A program made the position numbers and the translations under genes. A stretch of DNA of 63,806 nt, the filler included, from Scyliorhinus canicula (taxonomy: Eukaryota): the NCBI RefSeq assembly GCF_902713615.1. It is 4 parts of 3 records of this genome, joined end to end, with 100 filler letters (N's around TTAATTAATTAA, not from the genome) between each part and the next. Parts side by side here need not be neighbours in the genome. Positions count along the whole stretch, not along the records: positions 36,740 to 58,801 come from NW_024055443.1; positions 58,902 to 63,806 come from NC_052158.1; 2 more parts are not named here. The stretch is one strand, 5' to 3'. Positions 48,976 through 60,299 of the stretch are shown piece after piece (the first letter of the stretch is position 1; every line of letters begins with the position of its first letter). A model generated the notes under the pieces. The model did no database searches. It had not been told where the DNA came from and saw nothing but the letters and a program-made list of their open reading frames with translations.

Positions 48976-49650
48976 TTAACGCGGATACATGGAATGCGGA
49001 GTCCATCCCACAATCTGCTCCGCCATAATCATATTGAATGGTGCAGGAGACCTGAGGGACCGAATGGCCGCATCCCGCTTTTAATGTCCAGGGTCCTGTA
49101 ATTGGAGAATTCTGGAGTTACTTGCACATGTGCTTCAAACGTAGAATTTTATAGTCATTCTGTAAATACCTGGATGATTTTTCTGAAGCAAAGTCACGAC
49201 TCCTTGTTTTGGGGAGTGGGGGTAGTGAGGTGGAGAGAGGGGGGACATCAGTCAGTTTGAACACAGGCAATTTCCAAACAGCAATGACCGAAATGAAGAG
49301 ACAACTTCTTTATCACAAAGTGCTGTTGGTGGAAAAAACATTGGTGTCATAAATAATGGGGAAACACTCCGCTCTGCTCATTTAAAGGAATGAATGGTAC
49401 ATTTTCAGATGACACCATAATGCTAATTTCTGCAAGGTGCTAGAAATGGAGAAAGAGATGTGAGTTTCTAAAGAGGGAATAAACAAATGGTGATTCTCAA
49501 AAGTTAGAAGTAACAGAAGCTCAAGTATGGATGCAGTTTTAATGCGAACGGTTTATGATAAATTTGTAACTTTATCCAAATTCTAAGTTGTATGATATCT
49601 TAATGACAAATCCCAGAGTCTAACTTGTTCAATTGGCCATTCTCTCCCAG

Positions 49651-49947
49651 CGACACCGTCTCCGCCCACTCTCTACAGCCTGGTCTCCTGTCAGCAACAC
49701 AACACCGACGGCTCCGTCACCTACGGCTGTTTGGCGATGGACTACTCCCCAGAAATCACCAGCCTTACCTGGAAGAAAGATGGGCAGCTGATCAGCACTG
49801 GAGTTAAGGAATACCCGTCAGTGAGAAACAAGAAGGGAACCTACACCCTGAGCAGCCAGTTAACCACCACAGAGTCAGAGGGGGGATGCAGCGAAATCAG
49901 CTGTGAGGTTCGACACAGCGGCTCAGACAAGAGCATTGGAATGACAT
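49651..49947 (+). CDS. IGHM: IgM heavy chain constant exon Cmu1
   Basis: Acceptor TCTCTCCCAG; [99 protein letters not shown]; donor GTAAGT; typical shark Cmu1. Confidence 0.96.
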
Positions 49948-50146
49948 GTAAGTGTTGTAGAAACTGTGAGAAACAGACGCTTTGATTACTTTATTTAAAT
50001 CTTTGGTCATAACACATTGATGGTTCTCTGCACAGTTCTGATTCCTACGAGAAATAGTGATCACAGAGAAACTGTTAAAATATAATTAAACATTTTATTC
50101 GTCACAACATCTTCTTCATGACATGTCTAACTTGTGTTTCTTGAAG

Positions 50147-50458
50147 GTCTTCCACCTGACATCCATCCAAATGTTCTCCTCACCGTGAGTTCCAGTGAAG
50201 AAATCTCAAGCAAGAAATTTGCAACCATCGTCTGTTCAATCAACGATTTCCTTCGAAATTCAATCACGGTGAAATGGCTGAAGAATGGACAACCCATGGC
50301 TTCAGGAATTGTCACCTCTCCCGCCTGTGAAGTGAACGGGAACTTCTCGGCGAGCAGTCGGCTGACAGTCTCCGCTGGGGAATGGTTCAGCAAAGCGGTC
50401 TATACCTGCCAGGTCACTCATCAAGAGGTCACCCAAAGTCACAACATCACCGCGTCTG
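50147..50458 (+). CDS. IGHM: IgM constant exon Cmu2
   Basis: Acceptor TTGAAG; (C)[48 protein letters not shown]...[26 protein letters not shown]; donor GTAAG. Confidence 0.96.
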
Positions 50459-51088
50459 GTAAGAGACACAAACAGGGGAAACAATAAATCATCCTGCACT
50501 CTGATGTTAATCCAAATCAGGAATTTATTAAAATCAGGACAAAGCACAGAATAATTCTAATTTATTGCCATGTAGTTTGTGTTTCATTCTGATGTAAGAG
50601 CTGCATTAGGATTGCTCACCATTCAGGATTTGATCAGCAGAGAAATAAATGTTTCCCTCTAATTTGAAGTCATTTAGTGAGTGAGGTGGATTTGATATCA
50701 GCCTTATCCTGAGACAGCTGATTATATTTGAGAGGCAGTGGGTGTCTGAACCCCTTTATTGATAACAGCTCCAAGGAAAATTGTTGGAAAGTTAATTCAA
50801 CCTATTTATAAATCAGCCTTCCGTATTAGGTTTCCGAGATCAGGATTGGAATATTTGTATTGGGAATGCTGCAATACTCGTTCATTAGAATGCCATTGTT
50901 GCTGACTGTATTTCACAATGAGAATCGTTTAAGATGACCAAACTGGTTTTCCATCGTGTACAGAAGATTAATGGTGATCATTAGAAGTTTCGAAGTTGAT
51001 TTATTCCCATTGAGTGAGTGAAGGCTGAATCCTTCTGTCCTGATTCTGAAGATGAAACTTGTGTTGATTTTCATGTTTTCATTCACAG

Positions 51089-51397
51089 ATCCTTCCGATT
51101 GCATTACCGCCTCAGTAACAATACTGCCACCACCAATAGAACAGGTCTTACTGGAGGCGACTGTCACCTTAACCTGCGTCATTTCGAATGGTCCTTATGG
51201 AGTCAACGTGTCCTGGAGTGAAGCGAAGAAGCCGCTGAAATCAGAGATTGCCGACCAGCCTGGGGCAGATACTGAGAGCGTGGTCAGCAAATTAAACATC
51301 TCGACACAAGCCTGGCTGAGTGGGGCTGTGTTTGACTGTGTGGCGAGCCATCAGGACCTGCCAACTCCTTTAAGAATTTCAATCCACAAAAAAATAG
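51089..51397 (+). CDS. IGHM: IgM constant exon Cmu3
   Basis: Acceptor TTCACAG; [43 protein letters not shown]...[30 protein letters not shown]; donor GTGAG. Confidence 0.96.
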
Positions 51398-51599
51398 GTG
51401 AGCGGTGAGACTGAAGCAATAAGTGAGTCATTGTGTCTATTTCTAGTGTCAGTGCAGCGGTCAGTATTTAGTATTCAGTGTATTTATGGTCCATTCTGAT
51501 TGGTAATTCCACGACTAAAAAATTTGGGCCTGTTGATCTTAAGGGGGAAATTGCTACGTCGATGAAGGAACAATGAATTAAAAGCAGTGATATGGGGTT

Positions 51600-53200
51600 T
51601 AGACGGAGCTAGACCAATGGCCACAAGACGTAGGAGCAGAGGTAGGCCATTCAGCCCAACAACACTGATCCAGCCTTCAATGAGATCATAACTGATCTGA
51701 TGTGATGATCTTCAACTCCTCTTTCCCGCCTTCTCCCGCTGTTACCAGACACCTAAACGACCCTCTTCCGGACTGACCTCATTAACACTACACCTCTGTA
51801 TGCTTCACCCGATGCCGGTGTTAAGTAGTTACATTGTGTACCTTATGTTGCCCTGTTATGTATTTTATTTTATTTCCCTTTCTTTTCATGTACTGAATGA
51901 TCTGTTGAGCTGCTTGCAGAAAAATACTTTTCACTGTACCTCGGTACACGTGACAATAAACAAAATCCAATCCCATATCTCTCATTGGTTTAAAATATGT
52001 CTCTCTCAACCTTGAACATACTGAACAACCCAGAATCTACAGCCCCCTGGGTTAAATAATTCTACAGCTCCCCGACGCTCTGAGAGAGGAAATTCCTTCT
52101 CATCTCTGTCTTAAATGGGCGAACATTGACTATGTGATCCTGCACTCTGGTCCGAGATGCTCCCACAAGGGAAAACAATCTCACAGCGACTACAGTCCGA
52201 AGCTCCCTGAGAATCTTTCATGTCTCAATTACGCCGCCTTCATTCTTCTAAACTCCAATCAGTCCAGGCCCATCCTACTTAACCTCTCCCCATAAGAAAA
52301 TCCCTCCATACTCGGGACCAACCTCGTGATCCATCTCTGGACTGCCTTCAAAACCAATCTGTCTTCCTTAGATAAGGGCACCAAAACTGTTCAAAGTATA
52401 TCAGGTGTAGACTAACTAATGCCTTGTATAGTTTTAGCTCGACTTCCACATGTTTATATTCTATTCCCTTTGAAATAAATGTCAACATTCAATTTGTCTC
52501 CATATTACCTGCAGAACTTGCGTTTTGTGGTTTCTGCGCGAGGACCCCCAATTCCCCCGTTACCTCAGATTCCTACAGTCTTTCTCCAGCTAAATAATAT
52601 TCCGTTATGTTCCTCCTCCTACCAAAGTGTCTCACCTCACATTTCTCAATATTATGTTCCATCTGCCAAGTTTTTACTCAGTAACTTAAGCTGTCTCTGT
52701 CCCTCTCTAGATTTTCTGTAACCTCACCACTTGCCTTTATATTTTTGTCATCTGCAGCCGTGGGAATAGTACATTCATTTATTAAACACAGTTTTGAAAT
52801 TTATGTATATTACATCTACTGCCCCCCTTTTTCTAGCTTTCTCCTTATCACCTCAAATAAGGGCAATACATTTGTCAGGCATGATTTCACCTTCACGAAG
52901 CCGGGCTGACTCTGTTTGATTATATTGTGTATTTCTAAATGCTCAGCTATTGGATCCGTTATAATGGACTCAAACCGTTTCCCACTGACAAATGTTAAGG
53001 TCACTGGCCTATACTGTAGTTATCTGTTTTTGTCTCCCTCCCTTTTGAATAAGGGTGTTACATTGGCAGTTTCCCAATCCTCTGGGAGTAAGGTGGGAGG
53101 AGCCTGGTGTGGAGTTTAGACACCAGCACAGAACAGTTGGGCCGAATGGCCTGTTTCCCTGCTGTACACTTTCTGAAAATTTCGAATCCAATATCCGTAA
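51600..53200 (-). mobile_element. CR1 fragments in the Cmu3-Cmu4 intron, with a nested LINE 3' tail (+ strand, ~51725-51975)
   Basis: SQPGFVKVKSCLTNVLPLFE motif; CR1 3'-UTR-like sequence; insert ends GTGACAATAAACAAAATCCAATCC. Confidence 0.8.
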
Positions 53201-53380
53201 ATTCTCAGGGAAAAGGTTGTGTCCACCTCTGCTCCTAGCTGGGAACCCGGACAGATCCTAAAGTGGAAAATGGAAACCTTTAAAATCCAACACAAAACAC
53301 ATTTCTCCCACATCTAACCGGCGGTTCCATTGTCTCCGGAATTCCCCATTTTATTGACATTTATTGTACATTTTCTGCAG

Positions 53381-53772
53381 ATCCCAATCCGCGGGAACCG
53401 TCCGTCTCTGTCCTCCTGCCCTCGGCTGAAGACGTCTCCGCTCAGAGATTCGTCTCCCTCAGCTGCTTAGTGAGAGGTTTCTCCCCCCGAGAGATCTTCG
53501 TCAAGTGGACCGTCAATGACAAGCCGGTGAATCCCGGGAACTACAAGAACACCGAGGTGATGGCGGAGAACGGCAATAGCTCCTTCTTCATGTACAGCCT
53601 GTTATCCATTGCAGCGGAGGAGTGGGCCAGCGGCGCTTCTTACTCCTGTGTGGTGGGACATGAAGCCATCCCCTTGAAGATCATCAACAGAACGGTTGAT
53701 AAATCCAGCGGTAAACCCAGTTTTGTGAACATTTCCCTCGCTCTGATGGACACCGTTAATTCATGTCAATGA
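53381..53772 (+). CDS. IGHM: IgM exon Cmu4 + secretory tailpiece
   Basis: Acceptor TTTTCTGCAG; [43 protein letters not shown]...[51 protein letters not shown]; internal membrane-form donor G|GTAAAC at 53710/53711; tailpiece has NIS glycosylation site and penultimate Cys. Confidence 0.97.
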
Positions 53773-53799
53773 GAATCTATTGGTTATATTTTGAACTAA

Positions 53800-53815
53800 A
53801 ATAAAAAATAATAAA
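53800..53815 (+). terminator. Secretory-form polyadenylation signals
   Basis: AATAAA at 53800-53805 and 53810-53815, about 30 nt after the stop. Confidence 0.75.
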
Positions 53816-54249
53816 GATTTTTTTCCTCCAATTGTGATTTAAATGTACAGCCGCCTAATTAATGGAGCTTCCACTTTGCTGATATTAGATCTGTTCAATG
53901 AGACCCGGATTTCTACAGGTCTCGGCCCCAAGTCTGATACAATCAGTGCTCTCAGCTCAGATACACCCTGGGTTAGAGACAGAGTAAATCTCATTCATTC
54001 CAGGATTCAGCAAAATAACTTCATTGACTTTCCTCCCGCTGAGGAGGAATCGGATCATTCCCCATTTCAGACAAACAAACACATCACATTTAGATCTCGG
54101 TGTTCCTGCTTTTCTCATTGTCCACCCCTTTAAAATTAATGTCACCTTTAAATTGCTGTAACACACCCACTGGGAACTGAATTGAGGATCACACAGAAAC
54201 ATGGACCAACAATGCCCAGTCAATGAGAGGGCAAAGTGAAATTGTTAAT

Positions 54250-54745
54250 CCACTATACCCGCACTTCCCCAACAGAGAGAGGGGTAGGGGCATTAGTTAG
54301 TCCACTGTAACCCACTTCCCCAACAAAGAGAGGAAGAGGGGCATTACTTAATGCACTGTACCCCCACTTCCCAGGCAAAGAGAGGGGTAGGGGCATTAGT
54401 TAACACAGTGTACCCCCACTACCCAGGCAAAGAGAGGGGTAGGGGCATTAGTTAACACAGTGTACCCCCACTACCCAGGCAAAGAGAGGGTAGGGGCATT
54501 AGTTAACACACTGTACCTCAATTTCCCCAGCAAAGAGAGGGGGAGGGGCATTAGTTAACACACTGTACCCTCACTTCCCCAACAAAGAGATGGTGGGGGC
54601 TGAGTTAATCCACTGTGCACCTCTTCCAACAATGAGTGGAGTGGCATTATTTAATCCACTATACCCACACTTCCCCAACAAAGAGAGCTAAGGGGCAATA
54701 CTGACCCATTTTACCTCCACTTTCCCGACCAAAAGAGGAGGAAGG
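54250..54745. repeat. 52-bp minisatellite (~9 diverging copies)
   Basis: CAAAGAGAGGGGTAGGGGCATTAGTTAACACAGTGTACCCCCACTACCCAGG; period 52 (54376/54428/54480). Confidence 0.88.
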
Positions 54746-54929
54746 TGACGATTGAACTCTCTGTATCTCCACCTCCAGCAGGGAGAACCCAAAGGCAATT
54801 TGCTGAGCTGACCAGAGAGAGGGAGATTATTAACTCAATATCTTCCCAGTCCCCAAGCAGGGAGTTTGGAAGTAAACGGTTCTCTAGACTAAGAACTCAG
54901 TTACTGACATTACAAGGCGGCATGTAGCT

Positions 54930-55830
54930 TACTGGCTGAAGGCTTTAAAAGACAATCATGATAAAGATGTTCTTAAAGTATCTATTTATGCAACAGCATT
55001 TTTAACACCCTTGTTCCTCTTATCCGTATGCTGAGACCGATTCCCCAGAATCCAAATCCAGACTGGTGTTTGAATTCTCGCTGGGTTTTCACTGTTCTCT
55101 CCTGAGGCACCTCCTTGTATTTTGCATTAGGACACCTGATGTCAGCTTGCAACTCACAGAAAACACATTTATATGCAGAAAGTTCAACATATTCTACATC
55201 GGTACCAATAATACCCACAACTGGCAAAGCTACAGGCAGCTGATACAAATACACAGACAGATAAACAGACACAGACACTACACACACATGCACACAGACC
55301 CACAAACACACACACGCTCACACGTAGACACAAACACACACATGGACACACACATAGAAACACATGCATAAACATACACCCAGGCACAACGAACCACACA
55401 TATTTTGACACAAAAACACACGCAAAGGTGCGCAAAAATTCACAAACATGCACATAAACACAAACAAGCCCACATTTATACAGAGACAGACACACGTGCA
55501 CATCCACACATAGACACACAAATCCACACACACAAGTGGCTACACAAATGTACACAGACACATACAGCCACATGTCCACAAACATATAAAACCAGACAAG
55601 CAGACTGACAGAAGAATATTAAACACAAATGTAACCAATAACATGTACATTAGCAGAATTTCACGATGACAGAAATATTTCCATTTAGAGACAATAATCC
55701 ACACTAACACACTTATGGACACACGTAGACACATATTAGCAGACTCGTACACACGCTAACACGAACACAAATGAATACACATAGAATCATCAATACACAT
55801 CAATAGATAGTTATAAACAACCATCAACGA
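54930..55830. repeat. CA-rich low-complexity tract
   Basis: Degenerate (CA)n/(GACA)n. Confidence 0.8.
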
Positions 55831-55839
55831 ATAAATAGC

Positions 55840-57010
55840 ACTGCTGCCTCACAGCACCATAAACCCGGGTTCAATTCCAGCCTTGGGTGATTGTCTGTGT
55901 GGAGTTCCCACGTTCTCCAGTGTCTGTTCCTGTTTCCTCCGCCTGCTCCGGTTACCTCCCACAGTCCAAAGATGTGCAGGTTAGGTGGGTTAGCCAGGCT
56001 CTATTACCCCTTAGTGCCCACAACGTTAGGTGGGGTTACGAGGTTCTGGGGACAGGGCAGGGGCATGCGTCCAGGTAGGGTGCTCTTTCGGAGGGTCGGT
56101 GCAGACTCAATGGGCCGAATAGCCTCGTTCGGCACAGTCGGGATTATCCGATGATGATTCTGTGATGAAATACGCGCATCTACAAACAAACACACACACA
56201 AACGCACTTACCCAGACACAAACATTAAGACAATGACATGCATGTTGAACGTATAAAGACACATTAACACTTTTATCACTGGGCAGGGAAGTATAAACTT
56301 ATATTAGCACAGGCATTAATATATAAACATAGATTTCAACACACAAACACACACAATAAAACACTCATATATAAACATTGACTTAAGATAAATTTACACA
56401 AAGGCGCTGACACACAGATATACAGATCAATACTCATTGACACATGAACACACACAATGACACTTATAAAGACATCGCGACACACAAATGAAGAGTAAAG
56501 AAACACGAATTTCGCATCTACACAGACACAAAAGCTAAAGAACAAACACAAACGTCAGACAAGGGCGGCACGGTGACGCAATGGTTAGCACTGCTGCCTC
56601 AGGATCCCGCTCCTGGGTCTCTGTCCCTGTGGAGTTCCCCGTGACCCATGGGTCTTGCCCCGACAACCCAATGATGCGCAGGCTAGGTGGATTGGCCATG
56701 CTAACTTGCCCCATAATTGGAAGAAAAAAGTTAGAGATCGATTTCCGAGTGTCATGAACTCAACAGTAGATATGCAATGAAAATATATTAAAGAATGAAT
56801 TAGCAGCGGGAGAAAATGATACGGGAATATTAAAAACAAAACGTGTATTAAATTAAATTTAAAATGCTTATTGTCACGAGTAGGCTTCAATGAAGTTACT
56901 GTGAAAAGCCCCTAGTCGCCACATTCCGGCACCTGTCCGGGGAGGCTGGTACAGGAGTCGAACCGTGCTGCTGGCCTGCTTGAAAAGCCAGTGATTTAGC
57001 TGAGTGAGCT
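55840..57010. mobile_element. SINE cluster (HE1-like + at ~55840-56165 and ~56563-56730; family 2 - at ~56860-57010)
   Basis: Same diagnostic cores as the other copies. Confidence 0.8.
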
Positions 57011-57102
57011 ATTATTAGCTCTGTCTGGGAAAGGGGAGCCTCTATTAACCAGCCTCTATTAACAAACAATCTGATTATACTTATTCGGCTCTATTCCCGT
57101 AG

Positions 57103-57230
57103 ATACCACAGACCACACCTGGACTGAAGACGATGAGGATGATAATGGGAACATCTGGACAACCGCTTCCACATTCATCACCCTGTTCTTCCTGAGCATT
57201 TCCTACAGCGCTGCAGTCACTCTGGTGAAG
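57103..57230 (+). CDS. IGHM: IgM transmembrane exon TM1
   Basis: Acceptor TTCCCGTAG; DTTDHTWTEDDEDDNGNIWTTASTFITLFFLSISYSAAVTLVK (acidic spacer + conserved antigen-receptor TM motif WTTASTFI.LF.LS..YS..VT..K); donor GTGAGA. Confidence 0.95.
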
Positions 57231-57368
57231 GTGAGAAGATTCAATCCACTCACACATCAAACTGACAGAAGTCGTTTAAGAACACTAAATGTTTGATTGA
57301 TTAAAAACTCTAACATCAATGTCCCAGATCATAAACATCTGCTTCATCATTTTCTCTCTCTTTTACAG

Positions 57369-57377
57369 ATCAAGTGA
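57369..57377 (+). CDS. IGHM: IgM exon TM2 (IK-stop; cytoplasmic tail KIK)
   Basis: Acceptor TTTTACAG then ATC AAG TGA; mammalian equivalent is KVK. Confidence 0.9.
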   Translation: MK

Positions 57378-57779
57378 TGGGTTGACGTTCGGACGCTGTA
57401 GATTTTCCTCAGCTGTTTATTATGATCTGTGTGACAGAAATACAATATCTCCTCTTGGTGACTCTCACAGTAAAATTCTCTCAGTTTATTATTCTGCATC
57501 TGTAACTGAGACAATCATGGACAGTATTTCTGCTTTTCAGTTTGAAATGTACGAGATAATTTTGGCTGTATTGTAATTGTAGCTAGTAATTCTTTCAATG
57601 TCATGTCTAAATAAGTAACTTATCTCGGATCTTATTCACAACTCTTGCCTTCTCTTTATGTTGAGCTCCTGTTCTCTCTTGTGTCTGTTACATTTGTACA
57701 TACATTTGGCAGCTCAGAGGGCATGTGTTATGTTCTCACTGTGACCCTCAATCGTTAAATTCCCTTTTGTAAACATCAA

Positions 57780-57820
57780 AATAAACTTTTGTGTAATATT
57801 TTCTTTGAAATTTTAATAAA
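57780..57820 (+). terminator. Membrane-form polyadenylation signals
   Basis: AATAAA at 57780-57785 and 57815-57820. Confidence 0.6.
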
Positions 57821-58182
57821 TATTGAATGAAAAATGAAGAAAATAAGACTAATCTGAACTCCTTTCTCTAAGGTCCATCGGCAGCGCTCCTTTTCCCCGA
57901 TTATACAGTTCTCTCCCCTTTCCCAGACAGATATTTCTCACCAGGCCTGTCTGGGATGTGTCTGAACTCAAGGCCCCTCAGTGAAAGAGCCACTGCGCCA
58001 CCAAGCGGCCCATCCGGGTTAAGACACCTTTACCTTTGCCTTTTTATGGTGAACTCGAGAGGCAGAATCACAGATTCACTACCCTCTGATGGAAGAAATG
58101 TCTTCTCATCTCTGTCCTAAATTTGAACCGCTTCCTCTGAGATTATGCCTCTGGCCCTAGACTCTCCCACAAGAGGAAACAA

Positions 58183-58434
58183 GATGATTTTTCAGGCTGT
58201 GTAACTGGTTAAAGCTCTTTCCACAGTCAGTTCACTGGAACACTCTCACTCAGGTGTGTGTGTGTCTCGGGGCGTTTCCAATCACACTGATGTTTGAAAT
58301 CTCTTCCCACAGTCAGAACAGACAAACACATTGACAGTTTGTGATATTTAGATGCTAATGAATTGAGTGACTGTCAGATCTTGATATTATATTTGGTTCG
58401 AGTTGCCCAGCTGCCAATCCTCCCGTTCTAATGC
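58183..58434 (-). pseudogene. C2H2 zinc-finger pseudo-exon fragment
   Basis: Acceptor TTCTTTTTCAG at 58435; FVCSDCGKRFQTSV*LETPRDTHT...VFQ*TDCGKSFNQLHSLKNH: two decayed C2H2 fingers. Confidence 0.65.
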
Positions 58435-58599
58435 CTGAAAAAGAAGTTTACAAAAATGATCACCAGAAGAACAGGGTAGAAATTCACAACAGATCATTTT
58501 AGTTTCTATCAAACCTTCTTTCCTCTCTTGCTTTCCCCAAGCATGTGGTCCAGTCAAAATAAAAGACCAAAATCAGCTAGAAACCACAACAAAAGTGTG

Positions 58600-58801
58600 A
58601 CTGCCTGTGCGGAGTCTGCCTGTTCCCACCGTCTCTGCGTGGGTTTCCTCCGGGTGCTCCGGTTTCCTCCCACAGTCCAAAGATGTGCAGGTCAGGTGTG
58701 GCCATGCTAAATTGCCCTCATGTTAGATGGGATTGCTATGTTACAGGGATGGGGTGGAGGTGTGGTCTTAAGTAGGATGCTCTTTTCCAAGAGCCGGTGC
58801 A
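58600..58801 (+). mobile_element. HE1-like SINE fragment, truncated by the gap
   Basis: GGGTTTCCTCCGGGTGCTCCGGTTTCCTCCCACAGTCCAAAGATGTGCAGG core. Confidence 0.8.
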
Positions 58802-58901
58802 NNNNNNNNNNNNNNNNNNNNNNNNNNNNNNNNNNNNNNNNNNNNTTAATTAATTAANNNNNNNNNNNNNNNNNNNNNNNNNNNNNNNNNNNNNNNNNNN
58901 N
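58802..58901. other. Artificial contig linker (N44-TTAATTAATTAA-N44)
   Basis: Separates the IgM block from the MHC class II block. Confidence 0.97.
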
Positions 58902-60299
58902 TTAGCTATATCAGAATACATTTAACTTGCTGTGACTCTCAGGATTTGATGAAATGATGGAGCAGTGACTGTACTAAGTTGTCAGGAGGAGCAGACCTGC
59001 TCTTCCCTATAGGAACAAACCCTGTTCTCTCCAGCAAGGTTGGCTGCCGACTCCTCAAATTCCACAAGCGCAATGAACTCTGCTGTCCCTTCGCCGGCCC
59101 CCGGCCTGGGCTCTCTCCCATTTGTTGTATGCCAGCTTGGTCAGTATGAAGGTGGAGGAAAGGCATATGATTGTGGGGATGTAGCAGAGCCTGAGTGAAA
59201 TGCTTTTCTCCTGAGTGATGATCCCTCTCCAGAAGAGCCAAAGGATTCTTTCAAATTATTAATTCATGGGATATGGGCATCACTGGCTGGGTCTGCATTT
59301 ATTTTTCATTCCTTCAACTGAGTGTCTTGTTAGGCCATTACAGAGTCAAGCACATAGCTGTGGATCTGAAGTCAAGCTCTTGAAGAATCAGAGCGACTCG
59401 AAACGTGAACTGTTTCTCTCTCCACAGATGCCGCCAGAGTTTTCATGCTGAGTTTTCCCGGAATTTTCTGTTTTATTGCTTTGTTCCAGGATTCAGTTAC
59501 ACACCTTAGGATAGGGTCCTTTGATTTCATCAGTCAGGGAGACGAGGGCATTAATGCAGGTATGGGATCGAGAAGGCAGAAGTAGAGGAACCTCAGCTTT
59601 TGCAATAGTCCACCAGGTTTGGGGGCCTTGCAGCCTTTATGCATGAGAGCAGGGATTGTAAGGTAAATGAGCGAACCTGCCATGGCACCATGGTACAGGA
59701 AGCCATTCAAGTGTTGGGAGTAAATAGGAATATTGTAGCAGTAGAGAACAGTATGGTCAGATTTACAGATGCAGTTTTCTTGCCTAGATCAAGAGTCCAG
59801 ACAGCTGTGTTGTCTGCCTGGAGCAAGGATTTAGGGCATCTGCTCTGACTTAGAGAGAACCTTGCAATGAGGGAGGAAGGATTCAGCTGCTGTCGTCTAT
59901 GTAGGAACCAACAACACAGCTAGGACTGGAAAAGAGGTTCTGCATCATCTGGATTATTAGCTGAGCTAATTGGCTAAGGGTAAATAAGATTAGAGAAATT
60001 AATGCATAGCTCACAGACTGGTGTGGGAGACATGGCTGATAGTTCATGGAGCATTGGCAGCAGCCCTGTGAAAAGTGGGGGCTGTACCGTTGGGACAGGC
60101 TTCACCTGAACCATGCTGTGACCAGTGAACTGGTGAGTAATATAACTAGAGAAATAGGGAGGGCTTTAAACTAAATAGTAGCGAAAAGAGAGGAGATGTA
60201 GCAAATCCAACAAACAGTAAGCTAATAGAGCAGGGTAGTGATTTGGACAATGATTACCAGTGTGTGGCAGGAAGGGAAAGAGCATACAAACTAAGTGTG

